Source: a phage
Strand: one strand, 5' to 3'
Sequence record: PZ386976.1
Length of the DNA: 64,000 nucleotides
Shown: in pieces, positions 49,759-57,963 of the stretch
Layout: each line of letters begins with the position of its first letter
How positions within the stretch are numbered: position 1 is the stretch's first letter
Made by a program: the position numbers and the translations under genes
Notes under the pieces: generated by a model
The model's database searches: none
Told to the model about the DNA's origin: nothing
Seen by the model: only the letters and a program-made list of their open reading frames with translations

Positions 49759-50500
49759 TAACAAGCTCTATAGCTCATCTAAAACGTGCCTAAACAGGGA
49801 AACTCTACAGATGTAGACAATCCTGTGCTAAATGATGTACGATGTAAGAAACTATACAACATAGGAGTCTTACATGCCAAACTATCACGTCACTGAAGAT
49901 GGAAAAGTCTTTAGGGAAAATGGTGTAGAGCTTACGCAGTGGAAATCCAACACTGGGTATATGAAAGTGAGGTTTTACGGTAAGAAGAATCGTGACATGT
50001 ATGTCCACAGGTTAGTTGCTGAGAAATATGTACCTAACCCGAATAATCTTCCAATTGTAAAACATAAGGACGATAACAAACTAAATAACCACGCATCTAA
50101 CTTAGAATGGGGTACTCATTCTGAGAATGCTAAAGAAGGTTATGAGAACGGTTGCTACAAGTTCCACAAGCGTTCATATGCCGTGAAAGCCACACACAAA
50201 GTGACAAGGGAAGTTATTGTTACTAAGTCAATACGAGAGTTATCCAATATACTTGGACACAATCGCAAGACCATCTCTTCAATATTGAAGGGTGTAAAAG
50301 AGCATAATAACTTCGAATATGAGTTTGAATACATCTAAATGCCGAACGACTAACCGTGATGAATGTAGCGGTGTAGGGTCAAGCGACTCGAAATGGTACG
50401 CTACTTAGAAATAAGTAGAAGATATAGTCTGGACTTACTGGCGACAGTAAGCAGCTTGAATAAAGCGGGGTAAGCTTAGCGAACTTACCTGAACAACAAG
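49759..50500 (+). mobile_element. group I intron in nrdD carrying HNH endonuclease gene
   Basis: exon 1 last nt T (49758); intron last nt G (50500); R-like GTCAAGCGACTCGAAA (~50366-50386) and S-like AAGATATAGTC (50419-50429); joined exons read SPMG-CRAFLSPYLNENGEEFYVGR. Confidence 0.75.
49874..50338 (+). CDS. HNH homing endonuclease (intron-encoded)
   Basis: HNH motif region HKDDNKLNNHASNLEWGTHSEN; lies wholly inside nrdD intron upstream of R/S core. Confidence 0.7.
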   Translation: MPNYHVTEDGKVFRENGVELTQWKSNTGYMKVRFYGKKNRDMYVHRLVAEKYVPNPNNLPIVKHKDDNKLNNHASNLEWGTHSENAKEGYENGCYKFHKRSYAVKATHKVTREVIVTKSIRELSNILGHNRKTISSILKGVKEHNNFEYEFEYI

Positions 50501-51448
50501 TGTAGAGCATTTTTATCACCATATCTTAACGAGAATGGGGAAGAGTTCTATGTAGGTCGTGCTAACATTGGTGCTGTGTCTTTGAACTTACCAATGATTT
50601 ACCAGTATTCTAAAGAGAATGAATTAGATTTCTGGAAAGAGCTTGATAAGTACCTAGAAATGATTCGCAGCTTCCACAAGAAACGTTACGAAATGATTGC
50701 TAATATGCCAGCAAGTTCTAACCCTCTTGCGTTCACACAAGGTGGTCTGTACAAAGGGAATAAGAAACCTACTGACAGGGTTGGCTGGGATATCGTGAAG
50801 TCCTTCACAGCTTCTTTTGGGGTTACTGCGCTTGATGAGCTATCTGTTCTTGCTGAAGGTAAACGACTTCATGAAGTTGGAAGCTGTAGTTTTGCATACG
50901 ATGTTCTGGAATACATCAACATGAAAACTGAAGAGTTTAAAAATGAAGATGGCTTCTTATATGCCGTCTATGGTACTCCAGCAGAATCACTTTGTGGAAC
51001 TCAGCTAAAACAGTTCAGAGATATGTTTGGCGTTATCAAAGGTGTTTCTGATAAGGAATACTTTACAAACAGCTTCCATATGAATGTTGCAGCAGACATT
51101 ACACCATTTGAGAAGCAGGACTTAGAAGAACCCTTCTTCCATATCTGTAGAGGCGGTAGAATCCAGTATGTAAGAGTGGCTAATCCAGAAAACTTATCAG
51201 CACTTAAGAGTTGTATTACGAGAGGTATGTTGAAAGGTTTCTATCAGGGACTGAACTTTGACTTAGCAATCTGTGAACATTGCGGTAACAGACCAAAGGC
51301 TGATGTTGAAGAATGTGAGGTTTGTCATTCACATGATATCTCTGTGATTAACAGGGTGTGCGGGTATCTCGGGTGGACTAAGATTAAAGGCGAATCCCGA
51401 ATGAATGATGCAAAAATCGCTGAGATTCGTGACAGAGTTTCTATGTAA
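50501..51448 (+). CDS. nrdD: anaerobic ribonucleotide reductase NrdD, exon 2
   Basis: in-frame continuation CRAFLSPYLNENGEEFYVGRANIGAVSLNLP; C-terminal zinc site and glycyl-radical motif RVCGYLG. Confidence 0.8.
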   Translation, partial: CRAFLSPYLNENGEEFYVGRANIGAVSLNLPMIYQYSKENELDFWKELDKYLEMIRSFHKKRYEMIANMPASSNPLAFTQGGLYKGNKKPTDRVGWDIVKSFTASFGVTALDELSVLAEGKRLHEVGSCSFAYDVLEYINMKTEEFKNEDGFLYAVYGTPAESLCGTQLKQFRDMFGVIKGVSDKEYFTNSFHMNVAADITPFEKQDLEEPFFHICRGGRIQYVRVANPENLSALKSCITRGMLKGFYQGLNFDLAICEHCGNRPKADVEECEVCHSHDISVINRVCGYLGWTKIKGESRMNDAKIAEIRDRVSM

Positions 51449-51458
51449 AACTTGACAA

Positions 51459-51496
51459 GGTGATGTGAGTCTTGATAGGCTTACATCACCTTTTTT
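51459..51496 (+). terminator. rho-independent terminator after nrdD
   Basis: ggtgatgtgag ...loop... cttacatcacc then TTTTTT. Confidence 0.5.
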
Positions 51497-51602
51497 ATTG
51501 GATGTTAGATATGGCAGAGAACATCATTGGCCTATTCATAGGTTCTGTCTTACTAGGGTTCTTTTTAGGACTCTCTTATTGTGAATTAAGAGGCAAGTTA
51601 AA

Positions 51603-51803
51603 ATGTTTAAAATATCAAAAACGTTGATATACATACTACACATAGCAATCTTCTTCTTTGGTGTTAGTGTTATGGTGTGGGGTTTCTCAGACCCACAATG
51701 GAGCCTCTCATATCATGGTCAGATGGATTTATGGTCATGCTTCAAACCATTTTTAGGGTTAGCTATAGCATTCAGTGCATTGCCAACTAAGGTGAAATTA
51801 TGA
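51603..51803 (+). CDS. small membrane protein
   Basis: 66 aa with two hydrophobic segments. Confidence 0.3.
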   Translation: MFKISKTLIYILHIAIFFFGVSVMVWGFSDPQWSLSYHGQMDLWSCFKPFLGLAIAFSALPTKVKL

Positions 51804-52195
51804 TTAAGTTGAACAAAAAACAGTTAGAGTGGATTAAAGATTATGCCTCAGAGTGTGGCTCTTGCGAAAAGAATCACGTAAGATACTCAACATTCCATAC
51901 GACCTTCACACTGTATATTGGTGACAATGTTCTAAGTGATTCTGTGGAAGATGGTGTAGCATTACCTAATGAATTACTTGATAAACTAGCTGTAGTTTCT
52001 GGAACTTGGTCTGAAGAAGATGGTCACGAACTCTCTGATGATGTTGTATTCTACACCCTTGAAAACATCATGAATCCAGAGTACATTATGCTAATGACTT
52101 GCGCACAAGATTGTGTACCATTACAAAACTTCATTAAAGAGCACTGTGAAGAATTTATTACTAAACAGGTTCCTTGTCAGGTGGTGTTTGAATGA
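51800..52195 (+). CDS. hypothetical protein
   Basis: 131 aa. Confidence 0.3.
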   Translation: MIKLNKKQLEWIKDYASECGSCEKNHVRYSTFHTTFTLYIGDNVLSDSVEDGVALPNELLDKLAVVSGTWSEEDGHELSDDVVFYTLENIMNPEYIMLMTCAQDCVPLQNFIKEHCEEFITKQVPCQVVFE

Positions 52196-52491
52196 GTAAA
52201 ACAATTCGAAGAAAAGGTTTAAAGAACGTTCATGGGCTTTATGAGTGGAGAAATGAGGTACGTAACAGAGAAAACGCTTCAGATGTCTACTTCCATTCTG
52301 ATATGATGTCCAGAAAAGGTGGCTCTTATGACTTCACAAGTCAGCCTTGTAGAGAGATTAAGAAGGCTACTAAACGTCTTACAAGAACACAAATAAGGCA
52401 GCTTTCTAAGACATCTTTCTTAGATGAAGACTTTGACATTGACAGCAAGTCTCCAAAGAAAGCTGCTCAGAGCACTTATATGTATTGGTGA
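52192..52491 (+). CDS. hypothetical protein
   Basis: 99 aa. Confidence 0.3.
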   Translation: MSKTIRRKGLKNVHGLYEWRNEVRNRENASDVYFHSDMMSRKGGSYDFTSQPCREIKKATKRLTRTQIRQLSKTSFLDEDFDIDSKSPKKAAQSTYMYW

Positions 52492-52500
52492 GGTAACTAG

Positions 52501-52986
52501 ATGAATTACATGGAGATTAGACCATTTGACACAGCTAATGGTGAAGGGGTTCGTGTAAGCCTCTTCGTAGCTGGTTGTAAGCATCACTGTGAAGGCTGCT
52601 TTAACAGGGAGTCTTGGAAGTTTAATGCTGGTAAAGAGTTTACCTATGCAAACCTCTACGGCATCATTAAGTTAATGGATGATAATGCTATCAGTGGGTT
52701 GTCAATACTTGGTGGGGAGCCTCTGGATGACAGAAACATTCAAGAGGTCACCAACATATGCAAGCGTATTAAAACTGTTTATCCAGAAAAGTCTATATGG
52801 CTTTGGACAGGTTTTCAACTGCACGAAAAAATTCACCTAGATGTGATGAAATATGTTGACGTGGTGATTGATGGTAAGTATGATTCATCTAAACCAACAG
52901 TTAAACCATATCGTGGTTCTGATAACCAAAACCTCTGGAGAAAAGAGTATGGGTGGCAAGGTGATTGTCAATGGCGAGCAGAATGA
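52501..52986 (+). CDS. nrdG: anaerobic ribonucleotide reductase activating protein (radical SAM)
   Basis: N-terminal CKHHCEGC radical-SAM cysteine motif; 161 aa; near nrdD. Confidence 0.75.
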   Translation: MNYMEIRPFDTANGEGVRVSLFVAGCKHHCEGCFNRESWKFNAGKEFTYANLYGIIKLMDDNAISGLSILGGEPLDDRNIQEVTNICKRIKTVYPEKSIWLWTGFQLHEKIHLDVMKYVDVVIDGKYDSSKPTVKPYRGSDNQNLWRKEYGWQGDCQWRAE

Positions 52987-53224
52987 TTATTCTGGCAAGT
53001 GGACTTATGACATCAACAAGTTAGATGCCTGGATTATTTATACAAGAGAAAAATTTGGTGTACATTCATTATGTGCTCTTGCAACGATTGTAAAGAATGT
53101 CACCTTTGTCATAAACAAGTCAGATAAATTTGGAGATTTCTACAGGATTCAAAACATCAGAGAAGGTGTAACTCCAATAGGAATCACTGAAGAAGAACTT
53201 CATAAGTTCTGTATTAAACTTTAA
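52868..53224 (+). CDS. hypothetical protein (start probably internal Met near 52950)
   Basis: 118 aa ORF whose 5' part overlaps nrdG in another frame. Confidence 0.25.
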   Translation: MMVSMIHLNQQLNHIVVLITKTSGEKSMGGKVIVNGEQNDYSGKWTYDINKLDAWIIYTREKFGVHSLCALATIVKNVTFVINKSDKFGDFYRIQNIREGVTPIGITEEELHKFCIKL

Positions 53225-53239
53225 TGAGAGAGTCTAAAA

Positions 53240-53506
53240 ATGGGAATTTTAGGTAATATGAAGGCTGGCTTCTTGAAGGCACTGGCAAAAGCAGCAGCAA
53301 TCATTTCTATGACTGGAAAGCAGGTTGGTGTAGATGCTTCAGCAGTTGCACAAGTTCTTGCAAGCCAAATTGAACAGCAGCCTTACATCCACGTAGGACG
53401 TGGAAAAGGTGGTAAGAAACAAGCACATCGACCAACTGGTGCAGCAGCTATTAAACGAGCAGCTAAGAAAGCTCGTAACCGTAAACGCAATAAGAAGGCT
53501 AAATAA
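53240..53506 (+). CDS. small basic Lys/Ala-rich protein
   Basis: 88 aa; C-terminus AAIKRAAKKARNRKRNKKAK. Confidence 0.3.
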   Translation: MGILGNMKAGFLKALAKAAAIISMTGKQVGVDASAVAQVLASQIEQQPYIHVGRGKGGKKQAHRPTGAAAIKRAAKKARNRKRNKKAK

Positions 53507-53508
53507 TC

Positions 53509-53829
53509 ATGAGCAAAGTTTATAACACTCGCAAATTACAGATTTTCGTACTGTGCCAGTTTATGGCTAAAGAATACAACTTCTACTATTGTGGCACAGG
53601 TTTTATTAGCGACGATGATGGTTCATACCTACCATTTAAAGAAGCTGTGAAGCTCTTTAATGAAGAGAAAAACTCTAAGAAAGATATCGAAAAGGTCAAG
53701 CTAACCTATAGCAAGAAAGATAAGAAGATTATCTGCCTAGATAACTTTGTAAAAGTTACTGGAGAAGCAAAAGAGTTTATGGATGAGAGTGAGATTTCAT
53801 TCACAAGCATCTTGAAAGTAGCTCAGTAA
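53509..53829 (+). CDS. hypothetical protein
   Basis: 106 aa. Confidence 0.3.
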   Translation: MSKVYNTRKLQIFVLCQFMAKEYNFYYCGTGFISDDDGSYLPFKEAVKLFNEEKNSKKDIEKVKLTYSKKDKKIICLDNFVKVTGEAKEFMDESEISFTSILKVAQ

Positions 53830-53842
53830 ACAGATACTATAA

Positions 53843-53866
53843 GGGAACCTTTACAGTTCCCTTTTT
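53843..53866 (+). terminator. rho-independent terminator
   Basis: gggaac-ctttaca-gttccc then TTTTT. Confidence 0.55.
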
Positions 53867-53880
53867 ATTTTGGAGATAAA

Positions 53881-54396
53881 ATGTATCTGTCAAACCTGAA
53901 ACGTTCGGCTGCAATGTCAGTTCTAAGACTCAGCTTTGAGGAACGTCAAGAGTTCATTGACTCCCACCAATACGACCCTTCTAACTCGAATCACATGGTT
54001 CTTTGGAATCGTGATAACTTCCGTGAAAGAGCACTTGTCCGTTATTACCCACACTACACAATAGATAACCTGTATGAATGGTGTGTTGTGAAGAACACTA
54101 TTGCAACACTGAACAATCTTTGCAGGTATACAGGTAAGCAAGCATTTACATTAGGTCACCACAAACCTGTTACAAAGGGTGGTGAGCATCACTGTGCAAA
54201 CTGGTTTATCCAGACTAAACTTGATAACCAGAAGCAAGGAGATAGCCTTCTAAGCATCCCTAAGATGACCTATGAAGAGCAAGAGAAATATATCAAAAAT
54301 AATATGCCAGATGTGCTTGACAACAACTATACAGATTTGGCAATATCTCTCCTGTTGAAGTTCGAGACAGTTTATAGGGCAACTTACAATGGCTAA
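53881..54396 (+). CDS. hypothetical protein
   Basis: 171 aa. Confidence 0.3.
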   Translation: MYLSNLKRSAAMSVLRLSFEERQEFIDSHQYDPSNSNHMVLWNRDNFRERALVRYYPHYTIDNLYEWCVVKNTIATLNNLCRYTGKQAFTLGHHKPVTKGGEHHCANWFIQTKLDNQKQGDSLLSIPKMTYEEQEKYIKNNMPDVLDNNYTDLAISLLLKFETVYRATYNG

Positions 54397-54667
54397 AGAG
54401 AAGTGGGAGCTTTTACCATTAATCAGTGAAGGCGGTAATGGTTGTGAAATGTACATGATACGTGGTCATGTTCCAGAACCAATTGCACTTGAGATGGTAA
54501 ACAACTTTACAGATGGCTCTTACAAAGACTTAGAGGAGCCAACTATAAAGCAGCAATGGGTAAAGCCTGTACCAGATAGCACAGGTAACTGTAGTGTACT
54601 TTATCACGTTGTAGACCCTGCAAAATGCAAATCTGCAATGGCAGTAACAAACGTAACTTTTGATTGA
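54389..54667 (+). CDS. hypothetical protein
   Basis: 92 aa. Confidence 0.3.
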   Translation: MAKEKWELLPLISEGGNGCEMYMIRGHVPEPIALEMVNNFTDGSYKDLEEPTIKQQWVKPVPDSTGNCSVLYHVVDPAKCKSAMAVTNVTFD

Positions 54668-55560
54668 GAGGGAAAACTATGAAAACTGTTATTGAAGCCG
54701 TCGTCACCGCACAAGAGAAATTCTTCCACACAGAAAAATTTAATATCATTCAATTCCCATCTGGAGAAATTGGTGGAAACTTCTCTGAAGATTTTGTTAA
54801 GTTTACTGAGCGTAATGCTGGTAAGATTGATAATGTTATACTTACTGTACAGGGATATGACAAAGACACACTGTTTGCATTAGCTTTGGCTAAAGATGCC
54901 GTTGACAGTCTTGTTCCCCAGAAATCAGCGATGAAAACCGTTGTTTTCGGGTTCTTACCAAATGCTCGATATGACCGCCACATGTTCAAAGGTGATGCAG
55001 CAGCACTGAAAGTCTTTGCCAACCTCGTTAATGCAATGGGTTTTGATGCAGTATGTGCTCTTGACCCTCACAGTAATGTTGCAGAAAACTTATTTAAGTG
55101 CTTTCAGAGCATGAAGCAAAAAGATGTTGCAGCACACTTTGCAAGTGACCCACGCATTGATTTCTTGGTAGCCCCAGATGCAGGTGCAGCTAAGAAGACT
55201 GAAAATACCGCTAAAGAAGTGGATAAACCGTATATCACAATGTCTAAGGTACGTAACCTTAAGACTGGTGAAATTACTGGTATGCGAATCCTTGATGATG
55301 TTGATTTGACAGATAAAACTGTCATGATTCTGGATGATATTTGTGATGGAGGCCGAACCTTCGTAGAGGCAGCGAAACACCTACGCGAAGCAGGTGCAAA
55401 ACGTGTGGAACTATATGTAACACATGGAATTTTCTCTAAAGGTGTTGAAAACTTGCTTGACAACGGAATCGACCATATCTACACTACAAACACTTTAGGT
55501 GAAGCTAAAGACCGTGGATTAACACATTATGGTCAAGTTACTGTAGCAAACATTGATTGA
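54664..55560 (+). CDS. ribose-phosphate pyrophosphokinase (Prs) family protein; candidate Adps of NAD+ reconstitution pathway
   Basis: Prs-family motifs incl. PRPP-binding loop MILDDICDGGRT and LYVTHGIFS; 298 aa; adjacent to NAMPT-like gene. Confidence 0.75.
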   Translation: MRGKTMKTVIEAVVTAQEKFFHTEKFNIIQFPSGEIGGNFSEDFVKFTERNAGKIDNVILTVQGYDKDTLFALALAKDAVDSLVPQKSAMKTVVFGFLPNARYDRHMFKGDAAALKVFANLVNAMGFDAVCALDPHSNVAENLFKCFQSMKQKDVAAHFASDPRIDFLVAPDAGAAKKTENTAKEVDKPYITMSKVRNLKTGEITGMRILDDVDLTDKTVMILDDICDGGRTFVEAAKHLREAGAKRVELYVTHGIFSKGVENLLDNGIDHIYTTNTLGEAKDRGLTHYGQVTVANID

Positions 55561-55569
55561 AACTTTATA

Positions 55570-55591
55570 GGGGGCTTCAAAGCCCCATTTT
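55570..55591 (+). terminator. putative rho-independent terminator/attenuator between Prs-like and NAMPT-like genes
   Basis: ggggct-tcaa-agcccc then ATTTT. Confidence 0.5.
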
Positions 55592-55606
55592 GAGAGAGAT
55601 TAAAAG

Positions 55607-57388
55607 ATGACTAAATCACTTTATGCAGTACCAGCAGGTTTAAATGCGGACGCTTACAAGTCTGGCCATATATACCAGTACCCCAGTGCAACAGAGTACT
55701 TGATGTTCAACCTGACACCACGTAGCGACAAATGGTTTAACAGCCCTTTGGCAATTGACGGTGTAGTGGCTTTTGGTATTCAACGTTTTGTTAAAGATTA
55801 CTTGATAGACCACTGGAATGCCACTTTCTTTGAACGTGATAAAAAAGAAGCAATTGACGAAATCTTAGAAGTCATGAATGGTGTTCTGGGTAAAGATGCT
55901 ATCGGTCGGGAGCATTGGGAAGCACTTCACGACTTAGGTTATCTACCAGTTGGAGTATACGCTGTAGAAGAAGGCACAGTTGTCCCTATGCGTGTTCCGA
56001 TGATTGTTTTCCAGAACACTGTTTCAGGTTTCCATTGGGTAGCAGGTTATCTAGAAGATGCTTTCTCTGCTGAGATTTGGAAGGCTTGTACCATTGCAAC
56101 TATTGCATTGCACTACAAACGTATCTGTAAGAAGTGGGCTGACCTTACTTGTGATAACGACTTACATTTACCTTATCAGTGCCATGACTTTGCTATGCGT
56201 GGTATGTCCGGCTTTACTGATGACGCATTTAACGCTGTAGGCCACTTAACCAGCTTTAAAGGGACTGATAGCTTCCCTGCTGTATATACAGCTAAACGCA
56301 TCTACGGACAGTCTTACCCAGTCTCTGATATTGGTGGTTCTGTACCAGCCACTGAACACTCTGTAATGTGTGCAAACATTGCTTGGGAAGGTGGTAATGA
56401 ATTGATTGAAGAAGAAAGACGCTTTAAAGGTGAATTACAAACCTTCCGTCGCTTCTTAACAGAAACTTATCCAACTGGTATTGCAAGTGTTGTTTCAGAT
56501 ACTTATAACTTCTGGAGAACTGTGTCAGAAATCTTACCAGCACTCCGTAAAGAAATTATGGAACGTGATGGTAAACTGGTGATTCGTCCTGACTCTGGAG
56601 ACCCTGTACATATTGTCACAGGCTATAAAGCAATCCACTTAGAGTGTGCTAAGAAGGCTTATTACGAGCACCTGAGCAAGCTGGAAGCTAGTGACACAAT
56701 GCTGAATGCTGTTCTGAACATGAAGCTTGAAAACATCAACTATGGTATTGCTGGATGGCTACTGTCAGAAGGCTACGAAATGGTTGTTGACAGAGAAGAC
56801 TTTGAAGTTGCGGATACAGTATTGCTAAAGAACGCTTATATGGTTGGTTCTGCAAACGTTGTAACACGCCCTGTAGCAGAGATTGATGGAGCTATTAAGA
56901 CACTGTACAACATCTTTGGAGGGACTATCAACTCTAAAGGGTTTAAGGTACTGGATGAGCACATCGGCCTTATCTATGGTGACTCTATCACACTGGAACG
57001 TGCAAACGAAATCCTGAAGCGCCTGTATGAAATGGGTTTTGCAAGCTCTAACGTAGTGTTTGGCGTAGGCTCTTACACTTACCAGTACATGACTCGTGAC
57101 ACCTTTGCATTTGCTGTCAAAGCAACTCTTGCAAGCATTGGTGGTAAAGAGGTTATGCTTGCAAAAGACCCTAAAACAGATAGTGGTGTTAAGAAGTCTG
57201 CTTTTGGTGGTGTAGCACCTATGTGGGATGGTGATAAGTTGAAAGCTGTAGATGGCTATGGATTCCAGAGCTTTGCAGATGCACTTGAACATCCAGCTTG
57301 TGCTTTACGTTTAGTCTTTAGTGACTCTGAGCAGTACGGTTACACATCTCTTGGTGATATTCGAAATAATATTGACAAGCAGCTTTAA
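55607..57388 (+). CDS. nicotinamide phosphoribosyltransferase (NAMPT) family protein; candidate Namat
   Basis: N-terminal DAYKSGHIYQYP resembles NAMPT DSYKVTHYKQYP; 593 aa; adjacent to Prs-like gene. Confidence 0.75.
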   Translation: MTKSLYAVPAGLNADAYKSGHIYQYPSATEYLMFNLTPRSDKWFNSPLAIDGVVAFGIQRFVKDYLIDHWNATFFERDKKEAIDEILEVMNGVLGKDAIGREHWEALHDLGYLPVGVYAVEEGTVVPMRVPMIVFQNTVSGFHWVAGYLEDAFSAEIWKACTIATIALHYKRICKKWADLTCDNDLHLPYQCHDFAMRGMSGFTDDAFNAVGHLTSFKGTDSFPAVYTAKRIYGQSYPVSDIGGSVPATEHSVMCANIAWEGGNELIEEERRFKGELQTFRRFLTETYPTGIASVVSDTYNFWRTVSEILPALRKEIMERDGKLVIRPDSGDPVHIVTGYKAIHLECAKKAYYEHLSKLEASDTMLNAVLNMKLENINYGIAGWLLSEGYEMVVDREDFEVADTVLLKNAYMVGSANVVTRPVAEIDGAIKTLYNIFGGTINSKGFKVLDEHIGLIYGDSITLERANEILKRLYEMGFASSNVVFGVGSYTYQYMTRDTFAFAVKATLASIGGKEVMLAKDPKTDSGVKKSAFGGVAPMWDGDKLKAVDGYGFQSFADALEHPACALRLVFSDSEQYGYTSLGDIRNNIDKQL

Positions 57389-57402
57389 AAGTATATGATA
57401 AG

Positions 57403-57425
57403 AGGCTCCTACGGGAGCCTTTTTA
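57403..57425 (+). terminator. rho-independent terminator
   Basis: aggctcc-tacg-ggagcct then TTTT. Confidence 0.6.
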
Positions 57426-57441
57426 ATTTCTGGAGAAAACT

Positions 57442-57777
57442 ATGAAAATCAAAGAGATGAACATCAACGTTGTCTTAGAAGAACGTTGGGAGAACATTAA
57501 GAAGCCTGAAGATGGTAAAAAGTTCCTTAACAAAATTTTAGTAGCAGCTAAAGAAGAACTGACTGGGAAGATTGCAGCAGCAATCACAATAAAGGTTTGT
57601 GTAAAAGGTCTTCCACAACATCACCAGTTTGCTCTTGACGAGTTTAAAGAAAGCTTCTACAATCCAAATAAACAGATGCTTGAAAGTAACTTTGCAGTAT
57701 CTACAAGTATCGTTCATGACAGAAGCTTTATCCTTTACAAAAACATGAGAGGTGAGTCATGCAAGCATATTGGATAG
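57442..57777 (+). CDS. hypothetical protein
   Basis: 111 aa. Confidence 0.3.
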   Translation: MKIKEMNINVVLEERWENIKKPEDGKKFLNKILVAAKEELTGKIAAAITIKVCVKGLPQHHQFALDEFKESFYNPNKQMLESNFAVSTSIVHDRSFILYKNMRGESCKHIG

Positions 57778-57935
57778 AAATTTTACTGTCACTTGGTAGT
57801 GTAGCAGTATTTGTTTACCTTCTTTGCAAGTACTATGCAGAGCACAAGAAGTGTGATTACTGCAACGGGGAAGGGTATACAAGAGCAGGCTGTTGCCCTA
57901 TTTGTGGCGGTTCTGGTAAAATGTTTAATAAGTAA
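57759..57935 (+). CDS. small membrane-anchored zinc-finger peptide (ORF below track cutoff)
   Basis: ATG at 57759; hydrophobic N-terminus then CDYCNGEG...CCPICGGSG (CxxCxGxG x2); read by eye, about 58 aa. Confidence 0.3.
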   Translation: MQAYWIEILLSLGSVAVFVYLLCKYYAEHKKCDYCNGEGYTRAGCCPICGGSGKMFNK

Positions 57936-57963
57936 TTTAACAGTAAACTAAGAGGAAAGTATT

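Noticed and set aside
49759-49761. TAA stop ending track ORF 48562..49761 as the real end of NrdD
   Set aside because: The NrdD sequence continues in frame at 50501 with the conserved CRxFL…glycyl-radical region; the stop is the first intron codon.
51452-51480. TTGACA at 51452-51457 as a promoter for the small membrane-protein genes
   Set aside because: The sequence 17-18 nt downstream (ATAGGC/TAGGCT) is a poor -10 match; the segment is better explained as the 5' arm of the nrdD terminator.
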